A DNA stretch of 64,000 nucleotides from Thermodesulfobacteriota bacterium (GCA_965223335.1 OZ244991.1:544001-608000), one strand, 5' to 3'. Positions 9,612-18,345 are shown, counted from the stretch's first letter. Program-made: numbers and translations. Notes: a model not told the origin generated them from the letters alone.

Positions 9612-11549
9612 ATGATTAAAAAATCCATAACAGCAGTATTACTGCTCATGCTAGTGGGCTTTGCATATGTAAGCCCTGCCATGAGCCAAATCGGTACAGA
9701 CAACCTCTTCTGTCCTGCCGTACCCAATGATGTAGGCTGGCTAGAGGTACAGATACCTAACCCGGCTCAGGCCGACTTTACCGCAGGCCTCATAGGTACG
9801 GTAGAGGGTTTTGCGGGTTCTGCAGTGGGTGGTTTGGACTGGATGCATAACAACGACGATTTTGCACCGTTCTTCCCAAACTTTAACGCCAACCCCACAC
9901 CTACCACAGACAGCGGCTCACAGCTTGTGACCTGGTGGACACAGGCAGACAGCCGCAACACCTCTGTACAGGTTACAAACTCAAACGTCTTCTCGGGTAT
10001 AAACGTCCACGTGCGTATATTGGATGCAAACTGTGTAGAGATTCGTAACTTCTGCGATGCTTACACCCCCGGGGACACTCATGTGTACGACCTGGGCAAC
10101 TTGGTAAGTAACGCAGGTGCACCGATAGCCGACGAAAACCTACAGGGCAAAGAGGGTATATTGGTAGTAACCTCGGTAAACGGATGCCCCAACCCTGACG
10201 AGGCAATAGAGCATGACTACCTAACAGGTCAGACGGTTATCGTAGACTCTCAGGATTACATGTACGGAGTAAACATGTATGCCCGTCAGGCATTCTGTGA
10301 TGAGGCCGGGGAAGTGAATCTAGTGCAGAATGGCAGCTTCGAGAGTGGCAGCTTCGTTGTAAACGGTATGGTAGGGGTTTGGGTCTCTGGACAGGGTGCT
10401 CCTGGGACAATTGGTGTTATTGATCACACAGGCATATCCCCCAACTTTGCAGCACCGCCTGCAACACCTCCTGACCCTGCCAATGATTTTATGGCATTTG
10501 TAGCATCCAGCCCCGATTTTCCAAGTGGTTCATACCTTGGTGGTAGTTATCCCCCTGTTGCTGATCCTAATTTGATAACTGGTGGTGATTTCCCTGGCAA
10601 CGTGAATGTTACAATTCTGCAGTCTACCCCATTCATAACAAGCGATTCCAATACGCTCACATATGACTATTCAATCCTGTCGTCAAACGATCTAGGTTGC
10701 GACGGAGCGCTAGCTGTATTGCTTATAGACACAACAATTCCAAGCATCATTGGGGGCCAGTGCTATACTGACCCATTCAACACACCGCCCGGCTCTCAGC
10801 TAAATTTAACCGGTGGTGGTTTTGTTCTATGCCAATCAATACCTACAAATGATACACTCTACACTATCTCCCCTTTCACATTCACTGGCGGGAACTCTAG
10901 CTTTAACTCAGACAGCATTTTCATACCCTCTGCTGGTTCTTATGTTATTCAAGTTGTCACCTTGCAAGATGGTGATGTCATTAGCTGTACCAACAATGAT
11001 CAAGACACAGGGGCTCTAGTAGACAACTTCCAGGTGATTGAGCAAATCCAATGCACAGGTGTGCTAGACGGAGTTAACTCGTTCCTGGATATCGTAGACC
11101 CGACAATCCTCGCAGGCCAGTTTAATGTACAGACAGGTGCTGCAGGTGGAGACGTAGCGCTTATCTCCTTCATAGACGACTACGGTCCCCCATACCGCGC
11201 AGTAGCAGCAGCAACAGACACTGCAGTGGGTATATGGGACGATACAGAGGACTTCTCAAGCTGCGGCGACGTACCAGTGTGCTTCTTAAGGTTGGGTGTG
11301 GACGAAGCAGTAGTGGCCAGTCAGGACTTTGTAGTAGCCCCGACACTAGGGCCGACACTGCCACCGACAACACCACCTACACTGGGACCGACCTCTACAC
11401 CTACGAATCCGCCTAGCGGCAGTGGGAGTGGAAGCTGTGCAATAGCCCAAAGCCCAGTAGAGCTTGGAAGCGGACTAGCCAACGTACTTATCCCACTAGT
11501 ACCGGTAGCATTTGTATTTGGGGTAAGAAGGCTCCGCAGAAAGAAGTAG
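9612..11549 (+). CDS. Surface protein B1: signal peptide, A-like core with inserted variable domain, Pro/Thr linker, Cys-TM-basic C-terminal anchor
   Basis: Start moved from 9585 to the ATG at 9612 because of the AGGAGG SD. C-terminus GSGSCAIAQSPVELGSGLANVLIPLVPVAFVFGVRRLRRKK. Confidence 0.85.
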   Translation: MIKKSITAVLLLMLVGFAYVSPAMSQIGTDNLFCPAVPNDVGWLEVQIPNPAQADFTAGLIGTVEGFAGSAVGGLDWMHNNDDFAPFFPNFNANPTPTTDSGSQLVTWWTQADSRNTSVQVTNSNVFSGINVHVRILDANCVEIRNFCDAYTPGDTHVYDLGNLVSNAGAPIADENLQGKEGILVVTSVNGCPNPDEAIEHDYLTGQTVIVDSQDYMYGVNMYARQAFCDEAGEVNLVQNGSFESGSFVVNGMVGVWVSGQGAPGTIGVIDHTGISPNFAAPPATPPDPANDFMAFVASSPDFPSGSYLGGSYPPVADPNLITGGDFPGNVNVTILQSTPFITSDSNTLTYDYSILSSNDLGCDGALAVLLIDTTIPSIIGGQCYTDPFNTPPGSQLNLTGGGFVLCQSIPTNDTLYTISPFTFTGGNSSFNSDSIFIPSAGSYVIQVVTLQDGDVISCTNNDQDTGALVDNFQVIEQIQCTGVLDGVNSFLDIVDPTILAGQFNVQTGAAGGDVALISFIDDYGPPYRAVAAATDTAVGIWDDTEDFSSCGDVPVCFLRLGVDEAVVASQDFVVAPTLGPTLPPTTPPTLGPTSTPTNPPSGSGSGSCAIAQSPVELGSGLANVLIPLVPVAFVFGVRRLRRKK

Positions 11550-11610
11550 ATACATAAGAAATAAATACGGCAGTTAGTATTTAGACTGCCGAAGATAAAG
11601 CTTTAGAAAA

Positions 11611-11650
11611 AAGCCGGGTGAGTAGAGATTATTCACCCGGCTTTTTCTTT
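11611..11650 (+). terminator. Intrinsic terminator after B1
   Basis: AAGCCGGGTGAGTA-gagat-TATTCACCCGGCTT followed by a T-run. Confidence 0.85.
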
Positions 11651-11683
11651 ATTAAATTCGTAAGTAGTTACCATTCAAAAATC

Positions 11684-11712
11684 TTGTAATCCTAGACAGC
11701 TTCGATTAAAAT
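11684..11712 (+). promoter_or_regulatory. Putative sigma70 promoter of module 2
   Basis: TTGTAA-N17-TAAAAT. Position is conserved with 15078-15106 while the spacer has diverged. Confidence 0.5.
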
Positions 11713-11762
11713 CGTAATAACTCGACTATATAAGTTGTAAACAATTTAAGGAGGAAGGATAG

Positions 11763-12797
11763 ATGACCAATGTGTTCATATCCAAACTAAAGTACCATAT
11801 TGTTTTATTCTTGATACTGGTGATGCCAGCTGCATCACTGGCTGGCACCAGTGTAGTAGATTCAGACTTTATAGACCAGACCGATCAAAGTGCAGAGCGT
11901 CTGGTTTATTTCTGGGACATGAGAATGGCTCGCCAGTCATTCATTCAGCTCACCAACGTTTCCCAGGGACTTGCTTTTGTCCACGTACAGATCTTCAACG
12001 TCACGTCTCCCGTAGTAGTGTGCGAAGAGACCGACTTTGATGATGTGTACACACCGGGTGACACCCATGTGTACGACATGGGAAGTCTTATCTCAAACAA
12101 CGACGCCGACGGACTTGGGTTCGTAGGGTTCTCTGCACCTAATGCAGACTTGGATGAGGGATACGGACTAGTAGTAATCTCTTTGGACAGCGGTCCAATA
12201 TTCCCGCTTATCGGAATGTTTAGGATCATAGACGGCGATGGGGATTTTGAGTACAGGACCAACGCAGCAGGAGAAGAATTTTTTATTTCTAGCGATAACC
12301 TTTGGGATCTAGCAGACCTCAACTTCAACAATGTAGACGGCGCAGACCTCTCAGACGTAGTAGGACTAGTGTACAGGAGCATTGATAACAGGTCTGTGAT
12401 TGCAAGCCCGCTAATCCAGGCGGTGTTTGGTGATGCTACAGGTGATGTAACCGACGCTGACCCCCAAATTCATATATTTGATGAATTCGAGAGCCCCACG
12501 TCATGCAGCCCAACAACTTTTGCCTGCGACCTGACACTCGTAGACAAAGGGATAGATAATTTCCACCCTAACAGCAAAGGAGAGGTTAATAGGATCTGTA
12601 ACGACAGTGTGGATGTAGGATGGCTGTTTATGCCTCTCCAAAGATTCAACTGCTTCGACATAGAACCTATAACTGGAGAATGTATATTCGAGGAAATATT
12701 TTTTGTCGGTTTCCTTGGTCTCAACAATGGAGACGGAACAGGTTCGATGGATTCGTGGTGGACCCCTGGGCTTGGTGATGAGGGTACAAATGGGTAA
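11763..12797 (+). CDS. Secreted protein A2 (module 2)
   Basis: AAGGAGG SD, signal peptide. Shares FWDMRMARQ, CEETDF, DGDGDFEYRTNA and GTGSMDSWWTP with A1 and A3. Confidence 0.85.
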   Translation: MTNVFISKLKYHIVLFLILVMPAASLAGTSVVDSDFIDQTDQSAERLVYFWDMRMARQSFIQLTNVSQGLAFVHVQIFNVTSPVVVCEETDFDDVYTPGDTHVYDMGSLISNNDADGLGFVGFSAPNADLDEGYGLVVISLDSGPIFPLIGMFRIIDGDGDFEYRTNAAGEEFFISSDNLWDLADLNFNNVDGADLSDVVGLVYRSIDNRSVIASPLIQAVFGDATGDVTDADPQIHIFDEFESPTSCSPTTFACDLTLVDKGIDNFHPNSKGEVNRICNDSVDVGWLFMPLQRFNCFDIEPITGECIFEEIFFVGFLGLNNGDGTGSMDSWWTPGLGDEGTNG

Positions 12798-12887
12798 GTA
12801 TCAATAGCCTAATCCCAAGGAGATGTCGATAAATCGATGAAAATTTATCAAAAACAAAAAAACGAAAAATTTGAGGAGGAAAGAAGG

Positions 12888-14852
12888 ATGATAAGAAAAT
12901 CATTCACAACTATAATGTTGCTGGTCCTGGTGGGTTTGGTTTTTATGCCCCAAGCCCAGGCACAGATCGGCACAGACAACCTGCTCTGCCCCTCTGTACC
13001 TAACGAGGTGGGCTGGGTAGAGATCCAGGTACCTAACCCCGCACAGGCCGACTTTACCGCTGGCCTTGTAGGCACTGTAGAGAACTTCGGCGGTGCTGCC
13101 GTGGGTGGACTCGACTGGATGCATAACAACGACTTTTTTGATTTTGGCTTCTTCTTTTTCTTTGGGGCCAACCCCACACCTACCACAGACAGCGGCTCTC
13201 AGCTTGTGACCTGGTGGACACAGGCCAACGGGCGTAATACCTCTGTGCAGGTAACAAACTCTAGTGTGTTTGTAGGGGGCCCTGTACACGTGAGGATACT
13301 TGATGCCAACTGTGTAGAGATCCGTAACTTCTGTGACTTCTACACCCCCGGCGACACACATGTGTATGACCTAGGGAACCTGGTGGATAACGGTGGGGCG
13401 GCAATCCCCGACGATAACCTACAGGGTAAAGAGGGTATATTCCTCGTAACAGCAGTGGACGGGTGTCCTAACCCTGACAATGCAGTAGAGGCTGATTTCC
13501 TCACGGGTCAGACAGTAATAGTGGACCCCAACGATTACATGTACGGAGTAAACATGTATGCCCGTCAGGCGTTTTGTGACGAGGCTGGGGAGAGAAACGT
13601 GATTACAAACGGCAGCTTCCAGAGTGGGAGTTTCTTCCTTACTGCAGGGCCAATAATACTTCCTGTATGGTTTGTGACACAGGGCAGTTCATCGGCTGTC
13701 ATAGACCCCACAGGGATATCACCAAACGTAGCGGCACCACCGGCGTCACCTCCGGACCCTGCTAATGATTTCTATGCATATGTAGCATCTACACCTAATG
13801 TAACAGGTACATATAGTGGTGGGAGCTTTGGCACACTGGCCACAACCAACTTGTTCAACTCCTTTGCACCCGAATCAAGTACGACTATCCTTGAGTCATT
13901 ACCGTTTACAACCACTGCTTCAAATACACTCACTTTCGACTTTTCAATCCTATCTCCAAGCAACGATCCGGCTAACGATTGTGATGCGGCGCTTGCTGTC
14001 ATATTGATTGACACATCAGTTCCTGTGATGATAGGGGCACAGTGCTATTTTGATCCGGTACAGGCAGTAAATGGTGGTGCACCGTCGAGTATCAACAGAA
14101 TAACAAGCGGTGGTGCAACAGTTGGTACCGTTGGCTGTCAAGCAATACCCACAGATGATACTGTATACACGATAACTCCATTCACATTCTTTGGCGGGCG
14201 TTCCAGTTTCAATAATGACGCTATCGGAATACCATCTGCAGGCACCTATGCTATTCAGGTTGTTTCTATGCAAGATGAAGATTGTCCCAATGAGTTAGAG
14301 CAGGATAGTGGGATTTTAGCTGACAATTTCCGTGTGATTGAGCCCATCATATGCGACGGTGTATTGGACGGTGTCAACTCGTTCCTGGACGTCGTAGACC
14401 CCACAATCCTATCCGGTCAGTTTAATGTACAGACCGGCTCGGCAGGTGGAGACGCTGTGGTTATCTCCTTTATAGACGACTACGGTCCCCCATACCGCGC
14501 ACTCGCAGCCGCCACGGACCTTGCAGTGGGTATATGGGACGACCTGGAGACATTCACAAGCTGCGGCGACACACCGGTTTGCTTCTTGAGACTGGGCATA
14601 GACGAGGCTGTAGTGGCCAGCGAGGATTTCATAATTATCCCGACACTTGGACCCACACTGCCTCCGACCACACCACCTACACTAGGGCCTACACTGCCGC
14701 CAACGAATCCGCCTAGCAAGAAGAGCAGCGGTAGTTGTGCTATAGCAGCTAGCCCGGTAGAGCTAGGGAGTGGACTTGCGAACGTACTTATCCCTCTGGT
14801 ACCAGTAGCGTTTGTATTCGGGGTACGTGCACTGCGCAGGAAAAAGAAGTAA
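12888..14852 (+). CDS. Surface protein B2 (module 2)
   Basis: Start moved from 12837 to the ATG at 12888 (GAGGAGG SD). Same architecture as B1. Confidence 0.85.
   Translation: MIRKSFTTIMLLVLVGLVFMPQAQAQIGTDNLLCPSVPNEVGWVEIQVPNPAQADFTAGLVGTVENFGGAAVGGLDWMHNNDFFDFGFFFFFGANPTPTTDSGSQLVTWWTQANGRNTSVQVTNSSVFVGGPVHVRILDANCVEIRNFCDFYTPGDTHVYDLGNLVDNGGAAIPDDNLQGKEGIFLVTAVDGCPNPDNAVEADFLTGQTVIVDPNDYMYGVNMYARQAFCDEAGERNVITNGSFQSGSFFLTAGPIILPVWFVTQGSSSAVIDPTGISPNVAAPPASPPDPANDFYAYVASTPNVTGTYSGGSFGTLATTNLFNSFAPESSTTILESLPFTTTASNTLTFDFSILSPSNDPANDCDAALAVILIDTSVPVMIGAQCYFDPVQAVNGGAPSSINRITSGGATVGTVGCQAIPTDDTVYTITPFTFFGGRSSFNNDAIGIPSAGTYAIQVVSMQDEDCPNELEQDSGILADNFRVIEPIICDGVLDGVNSFLDVVDPTILSGQFNVQTGSAGGDAVVISFIDDYGPPYRALAAATDLAVGIWDDLETFTSCGDTPVCFLRLGIDEAVVASEDFIIIPTLGPTLPPTTPPTLGPTLPPTNPPSKKSSGSCAIAASPVELGSGLANVLIPLVPVAFVFGVRALRRKKK
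12963..13591 (+). repeat. Near-identical direct repeat of 16347-16975 (N-terminal constant region of B2/B3)
   Basis: Manual alignment gives about a dozen differences in ~630 bp, all synonymous. Confidence 0.9.
14340..14825 (+). repeat. Near-identical direct repeat of 17709-18194 (C-terminal constant region of B2/B3)
   Basis: Manual alignment shows long identical stretches and one visible amino-acid change (DLAV vs DTAV). Confidence 0.9.
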
Positions 14853-14915
14853 TGGGGACCGCAAGGGAGTAGCATTATCACGACCGACAGGCAGGAACAA
14901 AATGGGGTCGTGGGA
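14851..14915 (+). repeat. Dispersed extragenic repeat, copy 1
   Basis: AATGGGGACCG..AGGGAG...CGAC...GGAA.AAAATGGGGTCG.GGGA, also found at 25400-25460. Confidence 0.65.
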
Positions 14916-15005
14916 CAGCGGTCTAAGACCGAGTAATAAATAAAACATGAGCAAGGTAGGTAAGTAATTGTCTACTCTGCTCTTAAATAAAGAGATTTAA
15001 AAGAA

Positions 15006-15044
15006 GGCCGGGTGAGTAGAGATTACTCACTCGGCTTTTTCTTT
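15006..15044 (+). terminator. Intrinsic terminator after B2 (paralog of 11611-11650)
   Basis: GGCCGGGTGAGTA-gagat-TACTCACTCGGCT followed by a T-run. Confidence 0.85.
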
Positions 15045-15077
15045 ATTAAATACATAAGTAGTTACCCTTAAAAAATA

Positions 15078-15106
15078 TTGTATTTTGTTTTGGCTTCAAT
15101 TAGAAT
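15078..15106 (+). promoter_or_regulatory. Putative sigma70 promoter of module 3
   Basis: TTGTAT-N17-TAGAAT. Confidence 0.5.
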
Positions 15107-15156
15107 CGTACTAACTCGACTATATCAGCTTTACAAAATTTAAGGAGGAAGGATAG

Positions 15157-16218
15157 ATGACCTACCAAATTATATCCAGGTTACAATATATTGTAGTGTT
15201 TACACTGCTGTTGATTGCTCCCACAGTATCAATGGCAGGGTTAGTTACTATCACAGTAGACACCATAGACCAGACGGATCAGGCAACTGATGATCTGGTG
15301 TATTTCTGGGATATGCGTATGGCTCGCCAGACCTTTGCTCAGCTTACAAATGTGAGCCAGGGGACTGTGTTTGTACACGTCCAGATCTTTAACGTTACCT
15401 CCCCGGTAGTGGTATGCGAAGAGACCGACTTCGACGATGTATACACCCCGGGGGACACTCACGTGTATGACCTGGGCAACCTAGTATCCAACAATGATGC
15501 AGATGGACTGGGGTTTGTAGGGTTTTCTGCCCCCGGAGCCGACTTTGATGAGGGTTACGGCTTAATTGTAATCTCAGCGTTCAGCGGACCTGAGGACTCG
15601 CTAATCGGTATGTTTAGGATTATTGATGGCGATGGGGACTTCGAGTACAGGACCAATGCTGCTGGTGAGGAAGTGTTCAGTCTCGCATCAAACTTCTGGG
15701 ATAGAGGTGTAGTTAACTTCAATAATGTGGATGGCGCCGATCTTGCAGATGTAGTGGGTCTTGTTTATAGGAGAATAGACGATTCGTCTGTTGTAGCCAG
15801 CCCGCTAATCCAGGCAGTATTCGGTAATGCTACTGGGGATGTAACCGACGCTGACCCACAAGTTCATATATTTGATGAGTTCGAGAGTCCAACATCGTGC
15901 AGCCCTACGACGTTTGCCTGCGACCTTACACTTGTAGATAAAGGGATAGACAACTTCCATCCTAACTCAAAGGGCGAGGTCAATAGAATTTGTAACGACA
16001 GTGTGGATGTCGGGTGGCTGTTTATGCCGCTTCAGAGATTCAATTGCTTTGATGTAGATCCTATTACGGGTGACTGTCCTAGCACACAAGTTTCAACAGT
16101 TTTATTTGTTGGGTTCTTGGGTTTAAACAACGGGGACGGTACAGGTTCCATGGACTCGTGGTGGACACCTAGCATCTCAGATGAAAGTACGATAATCAAT
16201 CAGCTTGCAGAAGAATAA
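15157..16218 (+). CDS. Secreted protein A3 (module 3)
   Basis: Same SD context as A2 (AAGGAGGAAGGATAGATGACC), signal peptide, paralog of A1 and A2. Confidence 0.85.
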   Translation: MTYQIISRLQYIVVFTLLLIAPTVSMAGLVTITVDTIDQTDQATDDLVYFWDMRMARQTFAQLTNVSQGTVFVHVQIFNVTSPVVVCEETDFDDVYTPGDTHVYDLGNLVSNNDADGLGFVGFSAPGADFDEGYGLIVISAFSGPEDSLIGMFRIIDGDGDFEYRTNAAGEEVFSLASNFWDRGVVNFNNVDGADLADVVGLVYRRIDDSSVVASPLIQAVFGNATGDVTDADPQVHIFDEFESPTSCSPTTFACDLTLVDKGIDNFHPNSKGEVNRICNDSVDVGWLFMPLQRFNCFDVDPITGDCPSTQVSTVLFVGFLGLNNGDGTGSMDSWWTPSISDESTIINQLAEE

Positions 16219-16271
16219 AACTATGTATCTGTTTGAGAAAAGACACAAACGATCCCAAGGAGGATAGTTAG

Positions 16272-18221
16272 ATGATACAAAAATTCTTAACGGCATTTTT
16301 ACTAGTGGCTCTCGTGGGCTTGAGTTATGTTAGCCCCGCCATGAGTCAGATCGGCACAGACAACCTACTCTGCCCCTCTGTACCCAACGAGGTGGGCTGG
16401 GTAGAGATCCAGGTACCTAACCCCGCACAGGCCGACTTTACCGCTGGCCTTGTAGGCACCGTAGAGAACTTCGGCGGTGCTGCCGTGGGTGGACTCGACT
16501 GGATGCATAACAACGACTTTTTTGATTTTGGCTTCTTCTTTTTCTTTGGAGCCAACCCCACACCTACCACAGACAGCGGCTCTCAGCTTGTGACCTGGTG
16601 GACACAGGCCAACGGCCGCAACACCTCTGTGCAGGTAACAAACTCTAGTGTGTTTGTAGGGGGCCCTGTACACGTGAGGATACTTGATGCCAACTGTGTA
16701 GAGATCAGAAATTTCTGTGACTTCTACACCCCCGGCGACACACATGTGTATGACCTAGGGAACCTGGTGGATAACGGTGGGGCGGCAATCCCCGACGATA
16801 ACCTACAGGGTAAAGAGGGTATATTCCTCGTAACAGCAGTGGACGGGTGTCCTAACCCTGACAATGCAGTAGAGGCTGATTTCCTCACGGGTCAGACAGT
16901 AATAGTGGACCCCAACGATTACATGTACGGAGTAAACATGTATGCCCGTCAGGCGTTTTGTGACGAGGCCGGGGAACAGAACCTAATTTTAAACGGCAGC
17001 TTCCAGACAGGGGAGTTGGATATACCGACAATATTTGGCCCAAACCCTGTATGGTCCATCACGCAGGGAGACCAATTTACTCCGGTAGCAGGAGTCATAA
17101 ACCCCACAGGCATCTCTCCCAACGTAGCTGCGCCACCTGCATCACCCCCGGACCCACCAAATGATTTTTATGCATATGTGGCCCAAACCTCAGGGGGTAG
17201 CACCTATAGTGGGGGCAGCTTTACAACACTAGCAACGGATGATTTGTTCTTGCCCTTAGGTCCTGAATTTAATACGACCATCTTACAAAGTGCTGATATT
17301 GTAACTACAGGTGGAGGTCCCGTCACATACGAGTACTCAATATTAACACCGGATTTATCAGGAGATTGTGATTCGGCTTTTGGTGTGATTTTGATAGACC
17401 TCAGCACACCGGTTATGGTAGATGCCAATTGCTATTCCGACCCTGATCAAAGTTTCCCTACTACGACCATAAACCTCATAACCAGTGGTGGAGGTATAGC
17501 GGGAACCAGAACTTGCACCGATACGGTAACAGATAACACTGTCTATACGCTTGGCACATTCTCATTCCCTAACGGCCGCTCCAGCTTTAATGGCGACACG
17601 CTTAATGTACCGGGACCTGGCACCTATGCCCTTCAGGTTGTGGTTATACAAGACGGCAATTGCGCTACAGATGATTCAGCTATTCTTGTAGACAACTTCC
17701 AGTTCATAGAGCCCATCATATGCGACGGTGTGCTCGACGGAGTAAACTCGTTCCTGGACGTTGTGGATCCCACAATCCTATCCGGTCAGTTTAATGTACA
17801 GACCGGCTCGGCAGGTGGAGACGCTGTGGTTATCTCCTTTATAGACGACTACGGTCCCCCGTATAGAGCACTCGCAGCCGCCACGGACACTGCAGTGGGT
17901 ATTTGGGACGACCTGGAGACATTCACAAGCTGCGGCGACACACCGGTTTGCTTCTTGAGACTGGGCATAGACGAGGCTGTAGTGGCCAGCGAGGATTTCA
18001 TAATTATCCCGACACTTGGACCCACACTGCCTCCGACCACACCACCTACACTAGGGCCTACACTGCCGCCAACGAATCCGCCTAGCAAGAAGAGCAGCGG
18101 TAGTTGTGCTATAGCAGCTAGCCCGGTAGAGCTAGGGAGTGGACTTGCGAACGTACTTATCCCTCTGGTACCAGTAGCGTTTGTATTCGGGGTAAGAAGA
18201 CTCCGCAGAAAAAAGAAGTAA
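16272..18221 (+). CDS. Surface protein B3 (module 3)
   Basis: AAGGAGG SD. Same architecture as B1 and B2. Confidence 0.85.
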   Translation: MIQKFLTAFLLVALVGLSYVSPAMSQIGTDNLLCPSVPNEVGWVEIQVPNPAQADFTAGLVGTVENFGGAAVGGLDWMHNNDFFDFGFFFFFGANPTPTTDSGSQLVTWWTQANGRNTSVQVTNSSVFVGGPVHVRILDANCVEIRNFCDFYTPGDTHVYDLGNLVDNGGAAIPDDNLQGKEGIFLVTAVDGCPNPDNAVEADFLTGQTVIVDPNDYMYGVNMYARQAFCDEAGEQNLILNGSFQTGELDIPTIFGPNPVWSITQGDQFTPVAGVINPTGISPNVAAPPASPPDPPNDFYAYVAQTSGGSTYSGGSFTTLATDDLFLPLGPEFNTTILQSADIVTTGGGPVTYEYSILTPDLSGDCDSAFGVILIDLSTPVMVDANCYSDPDQSFPTTTINLITSGGGIAGTRTCTDTVTDNTVYTLGTFSFPNGRSSFNGDTLNVPGPGTYALQVVVIQDGNCATDDSAILVDNFQFIEPIICDGVLDGVNSFLDVVDPTILSGQFNVQTGSAGGDAVVISFIDDYGPPYRALAAATDTAVGIWDDLETFTSCGDTPVCFLRLGIDEAVVASEDFIIIPTLGPTLPPTTPPTLGPTLPPTNPPSKKSSGSCAIAASPVELGSGLANVLIPLVPVAFVFGVRRLRRKKK

Positions 18222-18257
18222 AAATAGTATAGTTAAGTAATAGAGATCAAATATTAC

Positions 18258-18289
18258 GCGGCGGTAACCTTGAGTTATCGCCGCTTTTT
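18258..18289 (+). terminator. Intrinsic terminator after B3
   Basis: GCGGCGGTAAC-cttga-GTTATCGCCGC followed by TTTTT. Confidence 0.8.
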
Positions 18290-18345
18290 AATTTTGGGCA
18301 GTATATGTAAATAATTTGGTAGGGTGGTTTATTATCGGGCTAAAA

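Noticed and set aside
14635..14715. IPTL-CTERM signal or CRISPR-like repeats
   Set aside because: IPTL here begins a coding Pro/Thr linker far from the TM helix and is APTL in B1. There is no repeat-spacer structure.
9612..18221. Diversity-generating retroelement or shufflon explaining B variation
   Set aside because: No reverse transcriptase or invertase in the window. Differences are not adenine-specific, include indels, and all copies are full genes in direct orientation.
8222..18300. Integrative island or prophage at tRNA-Leu
   Set aside because: No integrase and no tRNA 3'-end duplication at the far boundary. The short CCCGGGCACC matches near 19201 and 26283 lie inside housekeeping genes.
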